Assembly (NCBI GenBank): GCA_043763845.1
Contig: JAYULE010000185.1
Coordinates: 10,853-74,852 of the forward strand
Direction: 5' to 3'
Source: Sphingobacteriales bacterium
GTDB taxonomy: Bacteria; Bacteroidota; Bacteroidia; Sphingobacteriales; Sphingobacteriaceae
Length of the DNA stretch: 64,000 bases
The notes beneath the pieces were generated by a model that worked only from the letters and a program-made list of their open reading frames with translations, was not told the DNA's origin and searched no databases. Shown piece by piece: positions 16,787 to 25,703 of the stretch; the stretch's first letter is position 1; every line of letters starts with the position of its first letter. A program made the position numbers and the translations under genes.

Positions 16787-19615
16787 ATGTATAAAACACT
16801 ATTAATCAAATTAATACTTACAATTACTTTAACCATAACATTAATACCCAGTAATGCCCAAATATTAGATCAAATTCAAAACCCTCCTAGCTTAAAGTTT
16901 AACCAAATTAACACCAAAGACTTTCAAATAATTTACCCAATAGGCTTAGAAACCGAAGCACAAAAAGTTGGAAATACTTTAGATGCTATTTTATTAGAGG
17001 TAATTAAAACACTAAACAAACCGCCCCACCCTATTTCAATTATCTTACAAAACCAAGGTGTAATTTCAAATGCGTTTGTAAGTATGGCACCAAGGCGTAG
17101 CGAGTTTTACACTATCCCCGGTCAAGAATTTGATATGCAAGATTGGGTAAACAGCCTTTGCGTACATGAGTTACGTCACGTAGTGCAATTTGATAAAGTT
17201 GCCGGTTACCTAGGAAAACCTTTGTTTGAAGAATTAAAATTGGCCCTGTTTGGTATTAACTTACCACCTTGGTATTTTGAAGGCGATGCAGTTGGAATAG
17301 AGACTGTGTTAACCCCTGCGGGGCGTGGTAGGCAACCCAATTTCGAAATGGTTTTACGTACCAATTTACTAAGCAATAAAAACTTTAGTTACAGTAAAAA
17401 CTATTTGGGTTCGATAAAAAATAACACCCCAGGTTATTACCCTTTAGGCTACTTTATGGTTAGTAAAATGAGGAGAGATTTTGGTGCCGATATATTGGAT
17501 AAAACCTTAACTCGAATTGCAAAATTTCCCATACGGCCTTATAGTCTTTCTAACTCTTTTAAAAAATATTCGGGTTACAACACACGCCAACTTTACCTAA
17601 AAACTATGGTTGAAATTGATAGCCTTTGGCAACAGCAAGCGCAGCAAACTAAGGGAGTAAAATATGCTCCGTTAAACCCGCAAACGCCCAATAACCCTAC
17701 CAATTATTTGTTCCCTTTTCTAATGGATGATGGCAACATTATTTGCTTAAAAAACTCGAAAGGTATTACGCCAACTATTACGCTGCTATCCCCGCAAGGG
17801 AAACAAAAAAAGCTTGTAAGGATTGCTTACCAAACCGAACCTAACCTGCATTATGCAAATGACTTGTTGGTTTGGGACGAGTACCGCAGCGACGAACGGT
17901 TTCACCAACGCAGTTTTAGTGTAATTAATACCTATAACCTAAAAACCAAAATACATAAGCAATTAACGTTTAAAACTAGGTTGTTTTCTCCTGCCCTATC
18001 GGCCGATGCTAAAATAATTATAGCCGTAAAAGTAAGTTTGCAAAATAAATTTGAGCTGGTTGAATTGGATGCCACAACTGGTAAACAATTACAAACCTAC
18101 CCTAATCCCGAAAATTTGGTTTTACAATTCCCTAGGTTTGATGCTGAAGGCAAGCGTATTATAGTAACCGCACTTAGCCAATCGGGTAAAACCTTATTAA
18201 TTTATAACCGCATTCAAAAATCATTTGAGCAAATTTTACCATTTTCACGCCAATTAATTAACCGCCCGTTTTTTTACAAAAACCAAGTAATTTACAAAGC
18301 ACATTATAACGGTATTGAAAATATGTACAGCATAAATTTGGCTAATAAAAAAATCAGCCAAATTACCAATGCTCAATTTGGGGCTTTTAATGCCGATATT
18401 AACGGCAATAAATTTTTATTTAACGATTACCAATACAACGGCTACAATATAGCTCAACTTAGTTTAGATAGCCTTTTCGCTAAAGCGGATACCACTTTTA
18501 GCAATAACTTTGTTGAATATTTTAAACCCTTACTTGCACAAGAAAATAGCGGAGATGTACTTAAAAATATTCCTGATAAAATTTACAAACCAAAACCTTA
18601 CAGCGAACTTGGGCATCTTTTTTATTTCCACAGCATAAGCCCAATTACCAATAATAACGATTTTTTTGACACTGGAGTTATTGGCTTAGAAGTACTATCG
18701 AACAATAAATTAAGCACTTTAGCTTTTACAGCTGGTTACCAATACCAACAAAATTTGCAACGTAGCCAATATCATTTCTCGTTGAATTATGCAAAATATT
18801 ATCCCATTATCTCATTTAATTATCAAAATAGGCCGAAAATGGGGCAAGAAGAAATTCGACAAAATAACCAAAAGGTGGTATATCCATTTTATTGGAGAGA
18901 AAATTATAGCCAATTAAGCCTAAAATTACCCTACAAAACCAACTGGCTAAACCAAAATTTAACTATGGTTTTTAATGCCAGCACAAGCTATACGCAACGC
19001 TACAACCCCACAACAAACAATAAAAATTTTATTACCAGCATAAAATTTCCGCTACAATACCAATATGCTTTTAGTTTAAACCAAAGTCAAAGTCAACGCG
19101 ATTTAGCCCCGCGTTTTGGGCAAAATATAAGTTTTGGTTATAGTCATTTACCATTTAACACCCAAAAAGGCCAGCTTTCTTTTATACGTAGCCAATTTTA
19201 CTTTCCAGGATTGTTTGCAAACCACAGCCTACAAGCAAGTTATAATATGCAGAATGCAAACGGTGTATATAATTTTGATATTGATATACCGCGGGCAAGT
19301 GGTACAGCAAATATTGATGCTATTGGCAAAATTAAAAATACCTTGCTGTTAGATTATAGGTTCCCAATTGCTTACCCCGATTTTGAATTAGGCCCATTAG
19401 CTTACATAAAACGTTTTAAAGGCGGCCTTTTTGCCGATTTTGAGAATTTAGGAACTAGCAAAGGTTTGCGCACTTGCGGGGTTGAACTTAGAGCCGATAT
19501 GAACTTGTTACGCTACTATTTACCAAATTTTGATTTGGGTGGTAAATTAATTTTTCCGGTAAACAATCGTAGCAAAAGCCCCATATTCGAATTTGGGTTT
19601 AACTATAATTTATAA
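16787..19615 (+). CDS. Exported 942-aa protein with an HExxH motif, a propeller-like middle and a beta-barrel-like C-terminus. Family not recognised.
   Basis: Signal peptide ending ...LIPSNAQ. HELRH lies at aa 127-131. The central part has TolB/WD40-style repeats. The C-terminal part is strand-rich and ends FEFGFNYNL. Confidence 0.45.
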   Translation: MYKTLLIKLILTITLTITLIPSNAQILDQIQNPPSLKFNQINTKDFQIIYPIGLETEAQKVGNTLDAILLEVIKTLNKPPHPISIILQNQGVISNAFVSMAPRRSEFYTIPGQEFDMQDWVNSLCVHELRHVVQFDKVAGYLGKPLFEELKLALFGINLPPWYFEGDAVGIETVLTPAGRGRQPNFEMVLRTNLLSNKNFSYSKNYLGSIKNNTPGYYPLGYFMVSKMRRDFGADILDKTLTRIAKFPIRPYSLSNSFKKYSGYNTRQLYLKTMVEIDSLWQQQAQQTKGVKYAPLNPQTPNNPTNYLFPFLMDDGNIICLKNSKGITPTITLLSPQGKQKKLVRIAYQTEPNLHYANDLLVWDEYRSDERFHQRSFSVINTYNLKTKIHKQLTFKTRLFSPALSADAKIIIAVKVSLQNKFELVELDATTGKQLQTYPNPENLVLQFPRFDAEGKRIIVTALSQSGKTLLIYNRIQKSFEQILPFSRQLINRPFFYKNQVIYKAHYNGIENMYSINLANKKISQITNAQFGAFNADINGNKFLFNDYQYNGYNIAQLSLDSLFAKADTTFSNNFVEYFKPLLAQENSGDVLKNIPDKIYKPKPYSELGHLFYFHSISPITNNNDFFDTGVIGLEVLSNNKLSTLAFTAGYQYQQNLQRSQYHFSLNYAKYYPIISFNYQNRPKMGQEEIRQNNQKVVYPFYWRENYSQLSLKLPYKTNWLNQNLTMVFNASTSYTQRYNPTTNNKNFITSIKFPLQYQYAFSLNQSQSQRDLAPRFGQNISFGYSHLPFNTQKGQLSFIRSQFYFPGLFANHSLQASYNMQNANGVYNFDIDIPRASGTANIDAIGKIKNTLLLDYRFPIAYPDFELGPLAYIKRFKGGLFADFENLGTSKGLRTCGVELRADMNLLRYYLPNFDLGGKLIFPVNNRSKSPIFEFGFNYNL

Positions 19616-20051
19616 AATCTTAAATTCAACAAATAATTACAACACGGCATAAGGCAAACATAGAAAACCGGCGGGCGGCTTAATACAAATTAGCGCCTTC
19701 AATTGTGTTTATGGTAAAGAATCAGTGCTAAGGGGTATAAATAAAGAAGTTTTAAATTTACTATTTAGTTGATATGAGACCGCTGGTTTATGTCGATAAT
19801 TTTGGCGTAATGGACATTTATAGTGTTTTATGGGAGACCTTAGTTCCATGTAAATAAAAATGGTAGTCTATTTTTTGCAGAATTTTGTAGAGTTAAATAT
19901 ACTATAGACTTTTTATATTTTCCAATGTTAAACCGTCTCATTCGCTTACAAAATATTATACTATATTATATTAATATTGCATATCAAACACATTATACAA
20001 AACATCGAATATTATATGTGTTTAAACATCTATTGCTCAGCTTAACTATTT

Positions 20052-20156
20052 CTTAACATAATTGTAACTGTTTGTTTACGAATATCTTAAATACTAAAAT
20101 TTGCAATTTTTTTTCTTAAAACGCTTGCATTTTTGTTTTACAACAATTACATTTAG
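20052..20156 (+). promoter_or_regulatory. Locus promoter/operator module, copy A
   Basis: CTTAACATAAttGTAACT, then gTTTGTTTACgAAt (20070-20083), 44 nt, CTTGCAT (TTGCAT at 20125-20130), 17 nt, TACATTTAGCC (TACATT at 20148-20153). The ATG follows 71 nt later. See copies B and C. Confidence 0.6.
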
Positions 20157-20223
20157 CCATTAAAACATTTAATTATAAATTAAGTAAAATAATAAAATTA
20201 GTTTTTACCCTAAAAAATAAATT

Positions 20224-20778
20224 ATGTCAATTACAATTCCCACCCAATACCAGTGGCTAAACCAAGAAGGTGGCCCTAAAATGCTTGTTGAAGCACTAAA
20301 ATTGTATGGTACGCTTGAAGTGACGGGCCATGGTAATAACTCTACCATTATGCAATGGGCAAAAGAAGTAGGCGGCAAAGTTGCCGATGTTTACAAAGCC
20401 GATAAAATACCTTGGTGTGGCTTATTTATGGCTGTAATAGCCAAACGTAGTGGTAAAATAGTACCTAAAGACCCACTTTGGGCATTAAACTGGGGCACAT
20501 TTGGTACCGCTACTAATACCGCAATGCTTGGCGATACCCTTGTTTTTGTTCGTCGTACTCTTGAAGGTGCAAAAGCTGGCCACGTTGCCGTATATATAGG
20601 CGAAGATGAAACTGCCTACCACGTTATAGGCGGCAACCAAGACGATAAAGTTAGCTTTACCCGTATGGCTAAAACCAGGCTTTATGCTATACGTAGGCCA
20701 CAATACAATGTACAACCAGCTAATGTGCGGGTAATAAAATTGTTGCCCAAAGGCGGGTTAAGTAATAATGAGGGGTAG
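20224..20778 (+). CDS. NlpC/P60-CHAP superfamily cell-wall hydrolase (TIGR02594-like, phage/T6SS-associated type), no signal peptide
   Basis: Candidate catalytic Cys in KIPWCGLFMA and His in AGHVAVYIGED, then YHVIGGNQDDKV. The overall pattern matches what I remember of the TIGR02594 family. Confidence 0.6.
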   Translation: MSITIPTQYQWLNQEGGPKMLVEALKLYGTLEVTGHGNNSTIMQWAKEVGGKVADVYKADKIPWCGLFMAVIAKRSGKIVPKDPLWALNWGTFGTATNTAMLGDTLVFVRRTLEGAKAGHVAVYIGEDETAYHVIGGNQDDKVSFTRMAKTRLYAIRRPQYNVQPANVRVIKLLPKGGLSNNEG

Positions 20779-20888
20779 GGATTTACTTGAATTATAAACA
20801 CAATTAACTTAGTTAGGTGTAAAAGCACTAGTGCATTTGTAAATTTTAGTGTGCCGATTTTAAGAGCGTTAACGATTGAGGCGGCATA

Positions 20889-20936
20889 CTTTTTATCAAT
20901 TGCCGTTGGCTTAAGCCAACCGCAATTGATAAAAAG
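20889..20936. repeat. 48-bp near-perfect palindrome between the hydrolase and patatin genes
   Basis: CTTTTTATCAATTGCCGTTGGCTT | AAGCCAACCGCAATTGATAAAAAG. The arms complement each other at 23 of 24 positions with no loop. No T-run follows. Confidence 0.85.
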
Positions 20937-20996
20937 ATATAGCCGAAAGCGTGTTTAAACGCCCAAATTATAAAAAATATTAATTCTCGAAACAAA

Positions 20997-22013
20997 ATGA
21001 AAAAAATAATTTCTATTGATGGTGGTGGTATACGAGGCATTATACCAGGCCAAGTGTTAGTGGCATTAGAAAAAAAACTACAAATAAAAACAGGAAACAC
21101 CGATGCTCGTATAGCGCATTATTTCGATTTTTTTGCAGGAACCAGTACTGGGGGTATTTTAACCTGCCTGCTACTTTGTCCCGATGAAACAAACCCTTTA
21201 ATGCCAAAATTTACGGCTAAGCAAGCGGTAGATTTATATATGAATAATGGAAATAAAATTTTTGATGCCTCGAGTTGGCAAAAATTTACACAAGGTTTAT
21301 TTGATGAAAAATACCCTAGTGCCCCTATTGAAAAAACTTTATTAAAATACTTTGGTAATACAAGGCTAAGTAGCCTCCTTAAGCCATGCCTAATAACTGC
21401 TTATGATATTATGGAGCGCAAAACTCATTTTTTTGCCCAGCATGATTATAATAGAAAAGGCGACGGTGGCGATTTTTTAATAAGAGATGTATGTAGGGCA
21501 ACATCGGCTGCGCCCACTTATTTTGAAACTGCGTTAATAAAATCTATTAGTGGGGTTTCTTACCCTTTAATAGATGGTGGCATTTTTGCCAACGACCCAG
21601 CATTGTGCGCCTACTCCGAAGTGCGTAACGCCAAAGGTTTACCTACTGCAAAAGATATGTTTATTCTTTCGCTTGGTACTGGAAGCGAAAGTAAATCCTA
21701 CAATTATAATAAAGCAAAAGATTGGGGTGCAGTAGGCTGGATAAAACCTGTAATTGATATTATGATGTCGGCATCGGCCGAAACCACCCATTACCATTTG
21801 CTAAAAATGTTTGCAGCAAATGGCAATCAAAATAACTATATGCGCATACAACCTAAAAGTTTAAGCAATGCAAAACCAGATATGGACGATGCCAGCCTAA
21901 ACAACTTAATGGCTTTAAAAGAAGTAGGCATTAAAACAGCTGAAAATTGTAACAGCGATTTAGATATTATTGTGGATATATTAATGGAAGGCGAGGATAA
22001 GGTTGAATATTAA
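20997..22013 (+). CDS. Patatin-like phospholipase
   Basis: Oxyanion box DGGGIRG, nucleophile elbow GTSTGG (GxSxG) and catalytic Asp in IDGGIFANDP. No signal peptide. Confidence 0.9.
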   Translation: MKKIISIDGGGIRGIIPGQVLVALEKKLQIKTGNTDARIAHYFDFFAGTSTGGILTCLLLCPDETNPLMPKFTAKQAVDLYMNNGNKIFDASSWQKFTQGLFDEKYPSAPIEKTLLKYFGNTRLSSLLKPCLITAYDIMERKTHFFAQHDYNRKGDGGDFLIRDVCRATSAAPTYFETALIKSISGVSYPLIDGGIFANDPALCAYSEVRNAKGLPTAKDMFILSLGTGSESKSYNYNKAKDWGAVGWIKPVIDIMMSASAETTHYHLLKMFAANGNQNNYMRIQPKSLSNAKPDMDDASLNNLMALKEVGIKTAENCNSDLDIIVDILMEGEDKVEY

Positions 22014-22178
22014 TTGAACAACGGGCTTTTGGACAACCAGCTTCCATACTTTCGTTTTCCGCCTCGGGCAGCCAGCCTCGGGATTTCTTAACAAGGCAAA
22101 AAAGCTTAAACCCAACACCAATTTTGCCCTGTTTTCGCTACCCCTTGTCCATCTCTCCGTTGGGGGTTGGTAGGCCAA

Positions 22179-22284
22179 CTTAACATAAACGTAACTATTT
22201 GTTTACAAATAAATTACACTTTTAAACACCTAATATTTTTATTTAAAAAAGCTTGCAATTACCAAAACCAAAATTTACATTTAT
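22179..22284 (+). promoter_or_regulatory. Locus promoter/operator module, copy B
   Basis: CTTAACATAAacGTAACT, then ATTTGTTTACAAAT (22197-22210), 45 nt, CTTGCAA (TTGCAA at 22253-22258), 17 nt, TACATTTATCC (TACATT at 22276-22281). The ATG follows 64 nt later. Confidence 0.6.
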
Positions 22285-22344
22285 CCATAAATATAGCCTA
22301 TAACTCATCTTATTTTTAATTAAAATTCCTTAAATACCAAACCT

Positions 22345-23175
22345 ATGCCACACACCCAATGCCTAGTTACCCCTGCTTTTTCTATTGTAGGCACACAACA
22401 AATAATAAACCAACCAGCCAGTTTTTCTTTTGAGTTCGACAGTGTTGAAGACCAAGCCTTAATATTGGCCTACCAATGGTATGTAAATGGTAATTTAGTA
22501 ATCAATAAAAATCAACCCACATTTACCGAGCAAATGCAATTAGGTACTTATACTATTGGTGGCAGATTATTAACAGCGGAAGGCTGGAGCGGTATAAAAA
22601 CAATATTTTTTGAAAAATTAGAACAGAATATTACACCCATTGGTAATTTTACTTTTATGGCAGTTTATTTTAAATGGCTTGAAGGTGCAGGTACAGATTT
22701 AGATATTAAAGTGGGTTTTGAAAATACGGGTACAATTTACGATAAAAAATATGCTGGTTATAATCAGATTGCTAATATGCAAAATGGATACACATTGCCC
22801 GCAAATATCACTCCACAAACTGATGCTTATTTATGGTGGGGATCAGATAGTACAGGTACTGCTGGTACAGAATCTGTATTAATTGGTGTCCAAAAATTTA
22901 TTGCCGATAATCCTTTATCCCTAAATATAGTTGAAATTGCATTGTATGCTACTTGGTTCGGTGCACCAAATTCGGGCATATTTACAGTGGAGTTAAAGAC
23001 TTATTTAAATGGTACTATGGCCAAAAATGGTACTGTTTTTGAAAACACTGGCGGTACAGCCCCGTTTACTAATTCTAAAACAATTACTACTTTAAACAAT
23101 AAGCCTAATTACTATAAAATAGGCATCATAAAATATAACAAAACAAGCAATTTGGCACAATTACAAACTTTATAA
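22345..23175 (+). CDS. Hypothetical protein (276 aa) with an N-terminal Ig/PKD-like segment
   Basis: Long ORF directly downstream of module B. YQWYVNGNLV resembles a PKD/Ig-like strand pattern. I recognised no other motif. Confidence 0.5.
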   Translation: MPHTQCLVTPAFSIVGTQQIINQPASFSFEFDSVEDQALILAYQWYVNGNLVINKNQPTFTEQMQLGTYTIGGRLLTAEGWSGIKTIFFEKLEQNITPIGNFTFMAVYFKWLEGAGTDLDIKVGFENTGTIYDKKYAGYNQIANMQNGYTLPANITPQTDAYLWWGSDSTGTAGTESVLIGVQKFIADNPLSLNIVEIALYATWFGAPNSGIFTVELKTYLNGTMAKNGTVFENTGGTAPFTNSKTITTLNNKPNYYKIGIIKYNKTSNLAQLQTL

Positions 23176-23232
23176 AAATAATTTTCTAAAACATAAACAA
23201 TACACTTATTTAATCCCATAACCAATAAACTT

Positions 23233-25278
23233 ATGAAACACAAAAACCAAACCATCAAAAAAATTAAATTAGCACTAACATTTACCCTATTTGCATTTGC
23301 TAACTTAAACAATGCAACCGCACAATGGTCTAGCAACCCATCTGTAAACACCCCTATTGCCAACACCGCACTTGCCGAATACGACCACGAATCTATACCC
23401 GATGGCAGTGGGGGAATAATAGTAGTTTGGGCAGTTAGCGATGAAAATTTAGGTACCGATGTTATAAAAGCCAAAAGAGTATCGGCCAGCGGTGTAACTA
23501 TATGGGGAGGTACAAATGGCATCCAAATAACCAACTCTACCCGTAACCAAGCCTTTCCTCATTTGGTAACCGATGGTAATGGCGGGGCAATAATTACTTG
23601 GCTTAATTTTGATGTAGATGCAGAACTTACCGCAACAGAGGCTGATGTTTACGCTCAACGCATTAACGCTAGTGGCACACTTCTTTGGGGTAACGGTGGG
23701 CTTATAATAAATGCCACCCCTGGCAACCAAGTATTTTCAAGCATTGTTAGCGATGACGCATCGGGTGCTATTATTGTATGGTCCGATGAAGCCCAAGAAG
23801 CCATTTACGCACAACGAGTGAATGCCAATGGCCAAATTATTTGGGCTGCCAATGGCAAAAATATATATACTGCCTTAATAACTAAAACTATTGGTAATAG
23901 TCAAATTTTTAAGGGTATAAATGGCAATTTTACCGTAGTTTTTAATACCGTTTTCGAAGAGGTTAGAAACAACCAAACCAAAACTAAACCAAACGAATTT
24001 TACCTACAAACCATAAACGCAAACGGCCAAAACCAATTGGCTACCGCAATACAATTGTACAACTTTCCTACCGATTATGATATAGAAGACATTATAAGCG
24101 ATAATAACGGCGGTTTATTCAGCACCGTTTCTTACCAAACTAATACAACAGTAAGTTTATTTTTACAAAAATATTCGGCCTTAGGTATTCCTCAATTTGC
24201 GGGCACCTATGGCCTAACAGTTGACAATAGTATAGCAAAAAGCCAAACATACCCCCGTTACATTGCAAACACCAATATAATTACTGACAATACCGGTGGT
24301 GCTTTAATAGGCTGGACGGATGTACGAAACAGTATTACAGGTTTTTATGTACAACGTTTTAACAATACAGGCACAAAATTATTTAATGCCAACGATGTAA
24401 GTGTTTTTGGAAATAATTTGGATATAAACTCAGATGCACCCAGTGCAATTATTGATAGCGATGGGAATTATGTATATATAACGCCAAAAAGCAGTACTAC
24501 GTTAGGCAACGGAGCACTATACACCCAAAAAGTAAGCACCACAGGTACAACCTTATGGACAGCAGGCGGTGTATTGGTAAGCAACTCGGCAGGCAATAAA
24601 TCTAGTCCTACATTAACCCTTACGGGCAATAAAATGATAGCCCTTTGGGAAGATTTTAGAGCAAGTATACCGGCTGGTTTCAATTCGGATATTTATGCCC
24701 AAACTATAAACAGCAACGGAACCCTACCGGTTACCCTTACCACATTTACCGCCCTTTACGGGGATGATAAAGTACGTTTAAATTGGCAAACAGCAACCGA
24801 AATTAATAACCAAGGTTTTGATATAGAACGAAGTACCGACGGACTAATATTTTCAAAAATAGCTTATGTAAAAGGTAATGGAACTACCAATGTGCCTCAA
24901 AACTATAACCATAACGATGCTAATTTAATTTCACAAACCCAATACCTATACTACCGCTTAAAACAAGTAGATAGCAATGGCGAATTTGAATATTCAAACA
25001 TTGTATCAGTAAAAATACCGCAATTAAACAACGCAACTTTTAGCATTTACCCCAACCCAGTAACAGCTAAACAGTTTAATGTAAAATTAGCAGGTTTACC
25101 AAAAGGTAATTACCAAACAAGTATAACCAATATGGCAGGTATAAATGTTAAAAAAGCTATCATTTTTTGCGATGATACCTCAAACCAAGTTGTAAATGTG
25201 GATTTACCCAAAGGGATGTATAATTTAGAAATCACATCTGCAAATTACCGTCAAGTACAAAAACTGTTGGTAGAATAA
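23233..25278 (+). CDS. Secreted repeat (propeller-like) protein with a T9SS type-A C-terminal sorting domain
   Basis: Signal peptide (...FANLNNATAQ). Repeats of the form G-A-I-I-V/T-W...D-V/I-YAQR-I/V-NA-x-G...W. The C-terminus FSIYPNPVTAKQFNVKL...GMYNLEITSANYRQVQKLLVE is typical of T9SS CTDs. Confidence 0.8.
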   Translation: MKHKNQTIKKIKLALTFTLFAFANLNNATAQWSSNPSVNTPIANTALAEYDHESIPDGSGGIIVVWAVSDENLGTDVIKAKRVSASGVTIWGGTNGIQITNSTRNQAFPHLVTDGNGGAIITWLNFDVDAELTATEADVYAQRINASGTLLWGNGGLIINATPGNQVFSSIVSDDASGAIIVWSDEAQEAIYAQRVNANGQIIWAANGKNIYTALITKTIGNSQIFKGINGNFTVVFNTVFEEVRNNQTKTKPNEFYLQTINANGQNQLATAIQLYNFPTDYDIEDIISDNNGGLFSTVSYQTNTTVSLFLQKYSALGIPQFAGTYGLTVDNSIAKSQTYPRYIANTNIITDNTGGALIGWTDVRNSITGFYVQRFNNTGTKLFNANDVSVFGNNLDINSDAPSAIIDSDGNYVYITPKSSTTLGNGALYTQKVSTTGTTLWTAGGVLVSNSAGNKSSPTLTLTGNKMIALWEDFRASIPAGFNSDIYAQTINSNGTLPVTLTTFTALYGDDKVRLNWQTATEINNQGFDIERSTDGLIFSKIAYVKGNGTTNVPQNYNHNDANLISQTQYLYYRLKQVDSNGEFEYSNIVSVKIPQLNNATFSIYPNPVTAKQFNVKLAGLPKGNYQTSITNMAGINVKKAIIFCDDTSNQVVNVDLPKGMYNLEITSANYRQVQKLLVE

Positions 25279-25380
25279 GCAATGGTTTTTAACCGAAGAT
25301 TTGTTTTTTACCCGTACTTAACAGTATATAGTAATAACACACCTCCCTAAAGTTTTAACTGTGGCTTTATTGTTTTCTAA

Positions 25381-25413
25381 AAGGAAGTCTTCCCTCCATG
25401 GGAAGCCTTCCTT
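25381..25413 (+). other. Hairpin downstream of the T9SS cargo gene (possible terminator or insulator)
   Basis: AAGGAAGTCTTCCC-TCCAT-GGGAAGCCTTCCTT forms a 14-bp stem with one mismatch. No T-run follows. Confidence 0.35.
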
Positions 25414-25486
25414 AAAACAACAAACTACCCCTAACGCCACGCCATTTTTGTCTTACAAACAGCTGACTTTAGCTTGCAAAACCAAA

Positions 25487-25510
25487 CACCCCCTTTGGGG
25501 GCCGGGGGGA
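25487..25510 (+). repeat. C5/G5 hairpin element (dispersed ~25-nt family), abutting module C
   Basis: CACCCCCTTTGGGGGCCGGGGGGA. Same family as the copies at 35284, 35385-35616, 46211 and 47473. Confidence 0.75.
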
Positions 25511-25605
25511 CTTAACCATTTGTTTACAAATAATTTACATGTTGAAACATCTATTAATTATTTCTTAAATCTCTTGCAATTACAGAAAACTACATATACA
25601 TTTAG
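25511..25605 (+). promoter_or_regulatory. Locus promoter/operator module, copy C
   Basis: CTTAAC, then ATTTGTTTACAAAT (25518-25531), 45 nt, CTTGCAA (TTGCAA at 25574-25579), 17 nt, TACATTTAGCA (TACATT at 25597-25602). The ATG follows 102 nt later. Confidence 0.6.
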
Positions 25606-25703
25606 CAAACATTTACAAACACTTAAACATAGTCCGAAGTTCGTTTCCAATTGCGATTTTGTGTAGGAGATAAAAATTTTTAATTGATACTAAGAAAAAC
25701 ATA

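Noticed and set aside
19616-20051. Possible ncRNA or MITE in the 436-nt gap after the 942-aa gene (ATGAGACCGCTGGTTT at about 19774 versus AAACCGTCTCAT at about 19930, and AGTCTAT/ATAGACT)
   Set aside because: The complementarities are short and interrupted. There is no terminator, no second copy in the window and no recognisable RNA family motif. The evidence is insufficient.
21981-22178. 65-aa minus-strand ORF in the GC-richer island after the patatin gene
   Set aside because: It overlaps the patatin stop and has no motif. The island (with GCCTCGGG twice and a GTTGG-TAGG-CCAAC hairpin abutting module B) looks non-coding. I could not assign it a function, so I do not report it as a feature.
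25447-25480. Partial extra module (TTTGTCTTACAAA ... TTGCAA) upstream of module C as an independent promoter
   Set aside because: The spacing between boxes is only 13 nt, and the position 17 nt after TTGCAA is a G-run, not a -10 hexamer. At most it is an auxiliary operator site, and I mention it under the module finding.
25361-25666. 101-aa ORF upstream of 25704
   Set aside because: It runs through a hairpin, a C5/G5 element and the conserved promoter module C. It has no coding-like composition and is the only thing arguing against an intergenic regulatory region.
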